Assembly: GCF_963921235.1 (NCBI RefSeq)
Contig: NC_086097.1
Coordinates: forward strand, 133,984,001 to 134,048,000
Length of the DNA stretch: 64,000 nt
Direction: 5' to 3'
Source: Mobula hypostoma
Taxonomy: Eukaryota
Shown here: positions 37,287-49,395 of the stretch, in pieces
How the letters are laid out: the number at the start of each line of letters is the position of its first letter
Position numbering within the stretch: the first letter of the stretch is position 1
Notes under the pieces: model-generated
Told to the model about the DNA's origin: nothing
The model's input: only the letters and a program-made list of their open reading frames with translations
Databases searched by the model: none
Program-made: the position numbers and the translations under genes

Positions 37287-37365
37287 CAGCGGTTCCCAAT
37301 CTGGGGTCCACGGATCCTTGCTTAATGGTATTAGTCCATGGTATAAAAAAGGTTGGGAACTCCTG
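37287..37365. mobile_element. hAT (Charlie-type) MITE, 79 bp
   Basis: TIRs CAGCGGTTCCCAA / TTGGGAACTCCTG. 8-bp TSD GGTTAGAG/GCTTAGAG resembling the Charlie TCTAGA-like target. Confidence 0.8.
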
Positions 37366-37575
37366 GCTTAGAGGTTAAATTGTGTGGTGGCATTTCTTTC
37401 TACAGAATGCAATTGAAAAGTAAACTCTCAATGGAATGCAATATAGTAATATCAGAGAGAGATGTTTCAATCAGATTCCCTCACACTTTTCTTAAAAACC
37501 TGTAGATACAAACCTAGCCTATGGAACATGTCCTCATTAGACAACCCACACTTTATAAGGCCATAAGATATAGGA

Positions 37576-38069
37576 TGTCAGTACCTCCAGTTCAACCCTG
37601 TCTTTTTGTGTGTTTCGCCCTAGCTGTCAGTCTGTGGTTTTGTATTGCCATGTGCTCCTGTCCCCACTCCTGGTCTACTCCGGACCCCGTATTACTGAGT
37701 ACTCCGTCTCTCACCTGTTTCTTATTATTACCTGTACTGCTGTCACCTGTGTCTCATTGTGCTCCACCTATCATCTGCCTCTCTGTTTATAGCTCAGTGT
37801 ATTTCAGTCCTGTGTCTTCACCTGTTTGTTACCAGATTGTGCTAGTGAATTTTCCTGAGCCTTTCCAGTATTTGTATCTGTACTCTGGCCATCTGAATAT
37901 CAACCCTGCCTGTTTCCCGATTCTGGTTTTTGGATTTCTCTGGATGTTTTGATCTCTGCCTGAACTTTGACACTGACTTTGTTTGCACCCCAGGATTTGT
38001 TACTCAATTACTATCACTGTGTGCACAGTACCAGGTCTGCGATTGGATCCCTGCTCCAGCGTCCTGACA
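37576..38069 (+). mobile_element. Solo LTR (494 bp), Gypsy-like
   Basis: Begins TGTCAG and ends CTGACA. 5-bp TSD TAGGA/TATGA. Splits a CR1 tail (CCATAAGATATAGGA|...CAGAATTAGGCCATT) and carries multiple CACCTG. Confidence 0.8.
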
Positions 38070-38879
38070 TATGAACAGAATTAGGCCATTGACCCCATCA
38101 AGCTTGCTCCACCATTCCATCAGTACTGATTTTTTCAACCTCATTCTCACACCTTCTCCCTATGATCCTTAATCCATTTATTAATCGAGAACCCATCAAT
38201 CTCTGACTTAAGTACATCCAATGACTTGGCCTCCACGGCCCTCTGTGGTAATCAAATCCACAGATTCACCACCCTGCAGATAAGAAATATACACAAAACA
38301 AGTAAAATATTCTGCTGCTTGGACAGAAGGAAGGGAACTCACATCACGGAAGGAGGCCATTCAGCCTGTTATGCTTGCACTAGCTCCTCGACTGTACTGT
38401 CCAATTAGACCCCTTATTTCCTCCATGATTCAGCTCACCCCAACACACAGTTCTCCAAATGCTTCCTCTCCACATATTTGCTCAGTTACGCTGAATGGAT
38501 GGTTTTATGACAAATGTTCTTTCACTCCCTTTCAGGCAGTGTATCCCCAATAGGTTACCTTGTCAAAAAGGAAATTCTGCTCGGCTCCTTTCTGACTGTC
38601 TTGCCTTCTGTCTCTGCCTAATGGTTTCAGAACCAATCTGCCAACGGAAATGATCCAACAAAGGTCTGCATATTGAACTCCTCTTCAGTGACACCGGAGG
38701 ACACATTAGTTGGGGTAACTTAAAGATAATATGGAAAAATATCCCTTGAATCAATGTCCATGGTCAGCTTAGTGGAGAGCTGGGATAGTGATCGGGATCC
38801 ATTCCATCTCCAGGAAAGGCCAAGTCAAACAATCCGTGGAACTAGCTTGGAATTAGAAAGAAGAGCACTTAAGAGTTCT

Positions 38880-39465
38880 TGAGTCACAGAGAAATACAGC
38901 AAGGAAAAGGCTATTCAGCCCAACTCGTCTATGCTAGTCGCATTATCCTGCATTTGGCCCATATCACTCTAAATCCCTCCTATCCGTGTACAAATCCAAA
39001 ACTCTTTTATATGTTGTTATTGTACCAGCCTCAACCACTTCCTCTGGCAGCTTGTGCCAAATATGCACCACGTTCTGCATGAAGAAGTTGCCCCTCAATT
39101 CTCTTTTAAATTTTTCACCTCTCACCTTAAACCTATGTCCTGTAGTTTTTAGTTCCCCTAACCAGGAAAACGACCATACGCATTCACCCGATCTAAGCAT
39201 TTTGTGGTTTTATACACATCTACAGGTCACCCCTTAATCTCCTACATTCCATGGAATAAAGTTCAAGCATGCTCAGCCTAGTGTCCTAGGATAGTCTCCT
39301 AAATCTTCGTTGAACATTTTCTCGCTGAATGTTGTCTTTCCTAATAACAGGGGGGCCAAAACCTATATTCCCAGTGTCTTGTACAACTGCAACATAATGT
39401 CCCAACTCCTAAACTCAATGCTCTGATCAATGAAGGCAGTATACTATATGCCTTCTTCACCAGGA
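38880..39465 (-). mobile_element. CR1 3' fragment
   Basis: Minus ORF 38964-39200 reads GHRFKVRGEKFKRELRGNFFMQNVVHIWHKLPEEVVEAG. Confidence 0.85.
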
Positions 39466-40116
39466 GAAGGAGGAAGCTTCAGTGGCTGCTGAAGATTGGG
39501 ATGAGCGCAACAAATCACAGTGCAAAAGCACAAATTTCCAAGCACAAAGCAAAGGAACTGAAAGAAATATGAAGGAATCCACACATTATGGTACAAGGAA
39601 GATCAGATGGAAGCATGTTTAATGCAGGAACACCAGCTTAGATGCATGATAGTTACATAAACTAATTGTGTTACTGTCTCATAATCCCACAGGCAGCATA
39701 TATTGGTCTCAATCAAGGTACAATCCTTGTACTAGTAACATGACACATATTGTGTTCTTCTGATTAAACACATTTAATATATATGTATATACATTAATAG
39801 GCATTCCTATAAAATTTGTCCCAGCGTCTACCACCATAGGAAGAAAAGAAGTTCTTCCCACCCACTTATCCCTGAAGTATTATTTCAAGGAGCAGACAAG
39901 TTCACGTTGGAGTTGTGGACAGTAATTTTTCCTCTGTCAACACCTTCAAAGCAAATTATACCATTGACGGCTCCTTAAAATTTTTTGGGAGCTTGCTGTG
40001 TGCAAATTGTCCACTGCACTTCCTACATTGCAGCATTACAAAGCATTCTGGAGTATTTCATGAGTACTTCATGGGCCATCTGAGGTTAAAAAATACTAAA
40101 CTGTAACATTTGCTTA

Positions 40117-40118
<2 letters not shown>

Positions 40119-40153
<35 letters not shown>
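40119..40153. repeat. (AC)n microsatellite
   Basis: Direct reading. Confidence 0.95.
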
Positions 40154-40154
<1 letters not shown>

Positions 40155-40288
40155 TCCCTTCCCGAAGATGTTCAGGAATTGGCCTCAGGAAAATGACCAA
40201 TTAGGCACTTATGTTAACATTTCAAAGATGTACTGTGTGCAAGAGGGGCATCAAAGCACAAGAGATGGACAATTGGGAAGACGTCATA

Positions 40289-40686
40289 CGAGGGGTGATT
40301 GATAAGTTTGTGGCCTAAGGTAGGAGGAGTCAATTTTAGAAAACCTGGCACATTTATTTTTCCTACATTTACACACTTAGTCCAGCGATTGTGGAGCATA
40401 CGGATCTCTTCTTTGTAGAAGTCGGCATCTTGGACCTCCAGAATTGGTCCACAGCAGGGGTGATTGATAAGTTCGTGGCCCAAGGTAGAACAAGATGAGT
40501 TATACCGCTCTTGTTACATGCACATGCAGTTCAACTCTTTGAGTGAAAATGCGGAAAGTTTGAAGTTAATAACTCATCTCCTTCTACCTTAGGCCACGAA
40601 CTTATCAATCACCCCTGCTGTGGACCAATTCTGGAGGTCCAAGATGCCGACTTCTACAAAGAAGGAATCCTTATGCTCCACAATCG
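40289..40686. mobile_element. Palindromic mariner-derived non-autonomous element (right end truncated)
   Basis: TA followed by the TIR CGAGGGGTGATTGATAAGT, which occurs three times. Arms 40386-40503 and 40569-40686 are near-perfect inverted repeats. They encode FYKE(G/E)IxMLHNRWTKCVNVG, the mariner transposase C-terminus. Confidence 0.85.
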
Positions 40687-41329
40687 GAGAACCTGGAGGT
40701 TCAAGACGCTCTCGTTACAGTGTAGGTCCATTCCCCAGCCAGTGTCATCCATCCACCCATGTGATAGGTAACAAAAACCCACACAAAAATTCCAAGAGAG
40801 AATGAAACACTGCTGCCAAATGCAACCAAGTTGTACTTCCAACACCATAAGTAGTCACAGGGGACCACAGACGCCAAAAATCTGGAGCAACACACAAAAG
40901 AACTGGAAGAACTCAGTGGGTCAGGCAGCATCTACAGAGGGAAATGGACAGTCATTGTTTTGGGTTGAGAACTGCATCTGGGCTCATTAACAGTCTATTT
41001 TCCTCCATAGAAGCTGACTGACCTGCAGAAGTCCACCAGCTCCTTTGTAAGTTGTGAAGGGATTTTTTTCCTGGTTACTCTGAAAGATCCCACTGTTTGC
41101 ACTGAAAGAATCCATGAATGATATTGTAACAATGCCACATCAGTCCAGAGTTCTATTTACATTTTCTCTAACACATAAAGTTATGCTCCAGTTCTTTTCC
41201 TCTTTGCACAGTACACCATTCTGAAATAATTAAATTGAGATCTCCTTTCCGACATATTCCTGTTTAAAAACAAAGTGGAGGGTATAAGATTTTTGCAGCT
41301 GAGGATGAGGCTTTAAAAAAACGCACTGT

Positions 41330-42520
41330 ACACCTGCATGTGGTGAGTGACAACTTTTTAGTTCTATTCAAGGCAAACAGCTGCTGGCGCAATTGCCTAG
41401 CAACTGAAACTTGATGGATAACCCTAAAGATGGATAACTACCATAAATCACCTCATTCAGACTCTCAGGGAAAAAAAGATTAAAAACAATGGTTTTCTCT
41501 GCATTCGCTTCTCTCAGTAATGTGTGTTGATAAATTTGGCTTTCTTTGAGATGCGCAGTAGTGGTCAATAAAATTAGAGCCCGCTGTTCAAACCGTCCCT
41601 CTTGGTGGCAGTGCCTGGCTCAATTAGAGCATGCTGCCTCAACGATGGGGTGAGGGGAACACCTAATTAAGAAAGAGCAGATTGACCAAAAAATTGTCTC
41701 AGTTGTCTTAATTACAACACATATAAGATTGCTTAACCTACATCTCTGGACTGTGTGCACAATAATAGTCAAGGACCTTGAATCTAGATTCTGAAATCCA
41801 AAAACAATGCTGCCCTGACAGGAGTTAAGTTACACAAACTAATAAAAAACAAATTCCCCCTCCTCTTGTTCGGGGATAACATATAAAAGAACAACATTGG
41901 CCAGCTAACTGGCAATGAACTACACTGAAAATTTATCCATCCATTAAACTCCATGCATCCTCATTTGCAATTTGTTCCCCCTCTGACAGTGCTTCAAGTT
42001 ACAGCCTTGTACGATCCAAGTCTAAATAATATTCATCATGATAAATGACGCCATAACTCTGATATCCACAATCAATCTTTGCTTTAAAGATACATCCATC
42101 TTCAATAATGTTGATCGGGATTCTGTGAAATGGGAAACGTGACTGTGTTCTTGACCTCCTAACAGTGGGGGAAGGAAGCAGTGACTGATGCCTGCCAGCC
42201 CACATCTGGTTGAAAAAAATAAATTAACCTTATGAAGACAAATGTAGAGAGAGGCAGCAGCTTCTGAAAGGGGCTCCTCAATTACAGGTCCAATAGTGGG
42301 ACACAGATCTCTCTAAACAGAGGCAAGAGTGGCAGTCACATCAGTTACATTAAAAACAGGTAATGCTCATTGACATTTTTTTTACATAATTATTATGGGA
42401 TAGAGTATAGAAATCCCAGTGAATTCTATAACACTGACAGCAATTAATGACTACTATCTTTGTAATTTGCACCATCATATTAATTAAGTTTGAATCAAGC
42501 CAGTTTTTTCAGTGATCATA
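41330..42520. promoter_or_regulatory. Candidate CNE/enhancer cluster
   Basis: Transposon-free. RFX-type TTGCCTAGCAAC (41393), TGATGGAT (41412), CCATAAATCA = TGATTTATGG on minus (41441), SOX AACAATGG (41485), CAATAAAA (41566) and a MEIS TGACAG near 42435. Confidence 0.45.
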
Positions 42521-43116
42521 AAATTGGGATAGCACTGAGTCTTAATTTTTTTTTTACCTTTTTGTAGCAAAATAAAATATAGTGTATTGTACTTAATATT
42601 TCAGTAATATTTGAGTAATATTGTAAATATATTATTTGATTAAGCATTCTTTGTTTACACAATTCATTATGTACAAAGTATGTGAATGGCATGCATCATT
42701 ACACCACCACATCATATGTGAGCGCCTCACTAAAGTAAAATGAAGTAGACACATTTTCATGGGATTTCTTATTTTTCTTTCAGTTAGTTTCTGGAGTGAC
42801 AAGCAACTCTTAAATTGAGGAAGTTTTAAAAAGATCCCAAGATGACTACCTACCTGTTGAACCGCAGAACATATTTCTTCAGAAGGGGGAGAGAGATGTT
42901 CGAGTTTTTTTTAAAGCGCAGCATGTTTATTTCTTCGGAAGGGGAAAGAGATGTTTGAGTTTTTAAAAAAGGCAGGAAGTGGACAAAGTTCACAGGTTCA
43001 TGCATGGTGAGTACTGGGTTATAATAATAAAGAAAGAAAGAAAGAAAGGAAGGGAGAAATGGTTGGCTACATTGAAAAGATGGACACATTTGCACAACAG
43101 ATAATTAAATGATGTA

Positions 43117-43666
43117 CAATAATGTGCAAAAGTCTTACACACACACACACACACATATATATTTAGGTAGCTTGCCTAAGACTTTTGCACAGTGCTGTAT
43201 TTATCAACGTGGAGTGGAGAGCGAGTTTGTAAATCTCGTTGGAGCAAAGTATGTTGGGATTGGCAAGGGTGGAGTGCTGCGGGATGGGTATGGGACGGGT
43301 GGCAGAGAAGGAGCGTCAGGGGTAGGGCTGGTGCAGGTGTAGATACACCCAGCCCTAAGACACCAGGCAAAATCATTTGATTATAAACAATTGTTTATTG
43401 ATCATTACATAATGTCTCTCTGGTGTTTCCTGCTGGCTCCCCTCTCCCTTCTCCTTTTCCCAACCATGATTCCCCTCTCTCTGCCTCATTCCCACTCTCA
43501 GTCCGCAAAAGAAACCCATATCAGAATCTGTTTTATCATCACTCATGTGTCATGAAATTTGATTTTTTACGGCAGAACAGTGCAATACATAAAATTACTA
43601 GAGTACTGTGCAAAAGTATTAGCATCCCAGCTAATTATATGTGACTAAGATTTTTACACAGTACTG
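43117..43666 (+). mobile_element. Composite Tc1-like non-autonomous element, copy 2, inserted at a TA in the Gypsy gag
   Basis: Two mini hairpin units with CAGTACTGTGCAAAAGT-type TIRs (43117-43197 and 43601-43666) flank a ~400-bp body. Removal restores gag ATG-TAT-ACT-GAA. Confidence 0.8.
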
Positions 43667-46044
43667 TTTACTGAACAAATTGAGCAGTATTTTGAAGCAA
43701 ATGATACAGCCAATGAAAAGAGAGTGGCAGTGTTACTGAGTGCAATTGGTGGAAAACCATACAGTTAGCTTAGAAGTTTAGTTCTCCAACCAAACCAGCC
43801 AAAATTAGCTTTGCTAATATCATGAAAGTAATGCAGGAACATTCAGAACCAAACCAGTTGCAGAACGCTTTTGGTTTCATATACAGAATCAAAAGGAAGG
43901 GGAGTCCATTCCAGCTTACATAGCTGAATTGTCTGAGCGTTGTCAGTTCAGTGATGGGCTTAATGATATACAGAAAGATCGCTTAGTTTATAGAACCTTA
44001 CCTGAAAGCATTCTAAAAGAGCTTCTAATTGAAACACCTCACATTTCAAAGAGCAGTTGAAATTGCTGTTTCAAAGGAAACAGCAGCCAGATACAAAAAT
44101 TGACTTGAAGTCAGGAATGAAAGTGAGTGTGAACAAATGGAAAGCAGCCTGGCTGAACAAATTATGTTATCATTGTGGCAGGAGCCAACATACACCGGAC
44201 CAATGCAAGGTTAAAGGCAAAACTTGCAGAAAATGCAACAAAGAAGGACACATACAAAGACATGTAGAGCAGACGAAAATAGATGGACTGCACAGGGAAG
44301 CGAAAAAGACAAAAAGTTGCAATTTCAAAAAGAGCACTAATCCCCATGTTGTTACTTTAAAAAAATCTGATAATGATGAAAGTAACAAAGAACTGAGTAG
44401 CCTTGAGATTTACAATGTGAAACCTAACAATAGACAAACAATATGGCATACACCGGAAGTGATCAGCAAATTCATTAAAATGCTTTAGACACTGGCTCGG
44501 CTGCTTCAGTCATTCCACAAAGTGAGTTTGAACAGCAATTCAAAGATAATGAACTGAAAGTTGCAGATATCCAACTAAGAACTTATACTGGAGAAAAGAT
44601 AACTCCTGTGGAAATGGCATTCGTAATAGTGAAGTACAACAACCAACAAGCCATGTTGGATTTGCACGTGTTAAAAACAGGAGGGCCAGCATTGTGGGGC
44701 TGTAATTGGCTGAGACAATGACAACTTGATTAGAGATCCATCCACCATTTGCGTGCCACACCCCCTGCAATAGAGTCAACTGAAAGTGAAATAAGAAAGG
44801 TACCGGATGACGCCACAGCAGTGTTCAAGAATGGCATTGGAAAATTCAAACATATCAAGGGTAAAATAGTGTTAAATGAAAATACCACAGCCAACTTGTA
44901 CAAAGCCCATCTAGTTCCTTACACCATCTATGATAAAGTAGAGAGAGAGCTGGATCACATGGAGGCTGATGGAATTCTTTCCAAGGTTGAGTGGAGCCCA
45001 TGGGCAATAGAAGTGGTCCCGATAGCCAAGAATGTTGGGTCTGTCAGGACTTGTGGTGATTTTAAGGTCCTCATCAGCCCAGTACTGAAAGTAGATCAAT
45101 ACTCTCTGCACAGGGTAGAGGATATCTTTGCAAATCTTTCTGGAGAAAAACACTTCTACAAAGTGGACCTACAGAAGGGATGGAAGAAGATTCCAAAGTG
45201 TTTCTCACCATAAACACTTTACAAAGGGTTTTATTGCTATAATGGGCTTACTTTTGGAGTAGCATCTACACCTGGACTCTGGCAGAATGCAATGGCCCAG
45301 GTGCTGTTCTGGTGCCCAAAGCTCAGTGTTACCTGGATGCCATAATTGTTATCAGTGAGGATGACAAGAAACATCTCCAAAATCTCAAGACAGTGCTAAG
45401 AAGATTAAAAGATTATGGACTCAAAGCATAAAGCGACAAATGTGAATTCTTTAAACCAAGCTTCACTTACTGAGGTCACACAATTGATGCAAAAGATTTA
45501 CATAAGTGTGCTGAGAAAATTCAAGCAATGGCGGATGCTGCAAAGTATGTGTCACAGTTACAATCCTTTTTTGTAATTGTCAATTACTATAACAGGTTCC
45601 TGTCAAACCTGGTAATTATGCTCCACCACTTGAGTTCCTTACTACAGTTTGGGAAGAAATGGCAACGGACAAAGCAGTGTGAGGTGGCTTTCCAAATGGC
45701 AAAGGAAATGGTGATGTCAGACACTACTCACACATAATGATCGACATTGTGCAGTGAAGCTTGTCTGTGATGCATTGCCTTATGGCATAGGTGTAGTCTT
45801 GTCACATGTTATGAGTGATGGAACTGAACACCCCCTAGACTTGGCATCACATTCCCTTACTGTTGCAGAGAAAAATTACACACAGTTTGACAGAGGGGCT
45901 TTGAGTCTGGTTTGGGGTATAAATACTGTTCAACCAGTATTTGTACAGGAGTGTGTTTACCCTCATTACTGATTATCAACCACTAGTGTCCATTTTCAAT
46001 CCACAGAAGAGTGTTCCACTAACTTCACAAATGCAGAGATGAGC

Positions 46045-46617
46045 TATATTTCATTAGGAGTTTGAGGAGATTTGGTATGTCACCAAAAACACTCATGTTT
46101 CTACAGATGTACTGAGGACAGCATTCTAATTGGCTACATCATTGTCTGATACAGGTGTGTGGGGGTGGGGTCTACTGCACAGCAGCAAAATAAGCTGCAG
46201 AGAGTTGTAAACTTAGTCAGCTCCATCATGGACACTAGGCTCTGTAGTATCTAGGACATCTTCAAGGAGTGATACCTCAAACAAGCAAAGTCCATCATTA
46301 AGGACCTTCATCACCCAGGTTAAGCCTTGTTATCATTGTTACGATCAGAAAGGAGGTACAGAAGCCTGATGGCAGACACTCAATTGATTCAGGAACAGCT
46401 TCTTCCGCTCTGCCATCCGATTTCTGAATGGACATTGAACCCATGAACACTTTTATAATTTCTATTTTTGCACTACTTATTCAATTTAACTATTTAATAT
46501 TTGCATATACTTTCTGTAATTTACAGATATTTTTCTATATTGTGTACTGCATTGTACTGCTACAGCTTAGACAAAAAAAAATTCACAACATATGCTGGTG
46601 ATATTAGACTTGATTCC
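46045..46617 (+). mobile_element. Rex1-like 3' fragment nested in the Gypsy RNase H/linker
   Basis: AGGAGTTTGAGGAGATTTGGTATGTCACC...ATCATTAAGGACC...TTCAGGAACAGCTTCTTCC. Splits the Gypsy QRWAL motif. Confidence 0.8.
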
Positions 46618-47292
46618 GTTAGGCTCTGTTTCTTTGAGGACACCATTACAAGATCAATTTCAACAGGACAACTGATCATAGAAATGCTGATGAATCATCC
46701 AGTTTAACCTTAGAAAAGGAAACACTTGAAAAACTGACTAAAGAGTACACTGCTCTGATGTATTCTCCCCACACTGTCACAAGTCTACATGCATCTCAAA
46801 ATGGCTGGAACGTACAGCAGAAATTCCAGTTCCCTCATTTCTACCAATGCCGGGATGAACTTGTCCTTGATGGGGGTTGCCTTGTGTGGGGATTGAGAGT
46901 TGCTTGTACCATCCAAGCTGAGAGCTAAAGTGTTGGTGGAGCTAATGCCAGACATCTAAGCATGGTCAAAATAAAAGCATTGAACTCAAAGCTTTGTCCG
47001 GTGCCCTGGGATAGACCAGCAGATCGAGCAGCTTGCCATGCTCTGTTCAGGATGCCAACACGTCCAGAACCACTTCCTCAAATCCTGAAGTCAACTCCTA
47101 CAACCACCACGGCGGAGATCCCAGAACCTGAATTTGTTTCACAGCCACAAGTCTCACACACCAAGCAGAGCGACTCTCCCCCCACCATCAGTAAGGACAT
47201 TATCCGACTAGAGTAAGAAATCTGCCACAGTGAATTTAAAATTTACAATGTTGTGGATGTCTACATAGCAGTTGTATTATATAGTATACAGT

Positions 47293-47367
47293 TTTATATA
47301 TATATATCTCTATTTATCTATATATATATATATATATATATATTTATCTATATATATATACACACAC
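47293..47367. repeat. (TA)n/(CA)n microsatellite at the Gypsy PPT position
   Basis: Direct reading. Confidence 0.9.
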
Positions 47368-48064
47368 TGTATGTTGTGTATTTAATATTTCAGTAATATT
47401 TGAGTAATATTGTAAATATATTGCTTGATTAAGCATTCTTTGTTGTTTACAGAATTCATTATGGGTTATATGTTAGTGGCATGCATCATTACACAATGAC
47501 GTCCACATCATATGTGAGAACCTCACTAAAGTAAAACAAAGTAGACACATTTTCCCAGGCTCGATGATTTTCTTTCAATTAATTTCTGGAGTTACAAAAC
47601 ACAACATGTAGCACACAAGAAAATCAAACAGATGTTGGAAGAAGAAAACAAAAAAAAATTGCTGGAGAAGTTTGGTAGTACAGGCAGCATCTGTGCAGAG
47701 AGGAACAGATTTAACTCTTCCACTGCTTGGCTGGTTTAGGAGACACTGTAAAATAATCATTCAACATAGGAGGAACCTTTGCAGCCTGTCCTGACTCTGC
47801 ACAGATCTCTCACATTAGAATCACTCCTCCTCTGTTTGCTACACCTTTGTTTGTATATTTTCCATCAGTTATCCAATTCTCTTTCAAAAATACCTACCTG
47901 CTTCTACGTTCCTCTCAAGATTTTGTAACTTACCAACTAGGTAAATTGCTTTAACTGCATTCATACTGGCATGGGAGAATCTCTTAATACATTTTAATTA
48001 CGTTAGTAAACAAATTGGCCTGGAATAGAAAACCTAAGCGATAAAACTCCATCGTGTTTCCTAA

Positions 48065-49395
48065 GGTCACACAGAGCTGTACAGCACAGAAAACATATCG
48101 TTTGGCCCAACTCATCCATGCTAACCAAGTTCTCCAACTGTGCTATAGTTATGTTTGCACCATATCTTCTAAGTCTTTCCTGTCCATCTACCTGTTCAGA
48201 TATCACTTAAATGTCATTATTGTACTTGCCTCTAGTACCTCTTCCTCTGAAGGTCTGTTCCATATTCAGACCACACTTAATGTGAAAAACTTGACCCATA
48301 GGTCCCTTAAAAATTCCCCCCCCCTCACTTTAAGCCTCCAACTCCCTACCCTACAGCAAAGACAATGGCTATTCATCCTATCTATGCCTCACTGATTTTA
48401 AACATCTTTTACGTCAGCCCTTAGTCTCCTAAAAAAAAACTTCGCATACCCTGTATCGCTTACCTTCCAGTACTGGTAATAACCTTGTAGATCTTTCCTT
48501 TTTTGCCCCCTTTTAAGCTGCATGGCTAGGCTGGACAGGCTAGGATATTCCTTGAAGTGTAGGAGTCTGAGATGTGATGTTATGGAAGTTCAAAGAATCA
48601 TGAGGGCATACACAGGGTGAACACACTAGCCCTTATGCTACGTTTGAGAAATCAAGAACTAGAGGGTGTAGTTTTAAGGTGAGAGGGGAAAGATTAGGAA
48701 CTTGAGGGTTGTACCTATATTGAGATTGAGGTGGGTACATAGGTATAAAAACAATTTTTAAAATACAGTTGGACTGGTACGTGGATTGGAAAAGTTTACA
48801 AGGCTATGAGACAAACACCAGCAAATGGGATCAGATTAGATGTGACAGCTCGGTCTGCATGGACCAGTTGGGCCAAAGGGTCTGTATCCGTGCTGTATAA
48901 TTCTATGACTCCATGGCATTTTTTTTAAAGTATACTTAGACCATAAGACCATAAGACATAGGAGCAGAATTAGGCCATCTGACCCATTGAGTCTGCTCCG
49001 CCATTCAATCATGGCTGATCCTCAACCTCAACCCCAGTTCCCATCCTTGTCCCCGTAAGCTTTGATGCCACCTCCAATCAAGAACCTATCAATCTCTGCC
49101 TTAAATACACCTGGCCTCCACAGCTGCATGTGGCAACAAATTTCACAAATTCACCACCCTTTGGCTGAAGGAATTTCTCCACATCTCTGTTTTGAAAGGG
49201 TGCCCCTCTGTCCTGAGGCTGTGCCCTCTTGTCCAAGACTTTCCCACCATGGGAAACACCCTTTCCACATCTACTCTGTCTAGTCCTTTCAACATTCAAA
49301 AGGTTTCAATGAGATCCCCCTCATCCTTCTGAATTCCAGCGAGTACAGACCAGAGCCATCAAATGTTCCTCGTATGATAACCCTTTCATTCCTGG
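48065..49395. mobile_element. Cluster of three CR1 3' ends (-, +, -)
   Basis: About 48065-48520(-), 48530-48910(+) and 48938-49395(-) with a (CCATAAGA)n tail. Confidence 0.8.

Larger units (their letters stand above)
42583..47606 (+). mobile_element. Decayed Gypsy/Ty3 LTR retrotransposon, Mag-like clade
   Basis: LTRs at 42583 to about 42806 and 47372-47606, with a 5-bp TSD TATAG/TGTAG. gag from ATG 43059 (EQYFEAND..NEKRVAVLLSAIG; CYHCGRSQHTPDQC/CRKCNKEGH knuckles). Protease DTG at 44488, RT (VVPIAK..GSVRTCGDFK; YLDA at 45330) and RNase H (LVCDALPYGIGVVLSH). Integrase core deleted; many stops and frameshifts. Confidence 0.92.

Noticed and set aside
44057..45972. gag/pol ORFs as a functional or domesticated gene
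   Set aside because: Multiple stops and frameshifts, YLDD mutated to YLDA, integrase deleted and nested insertions.
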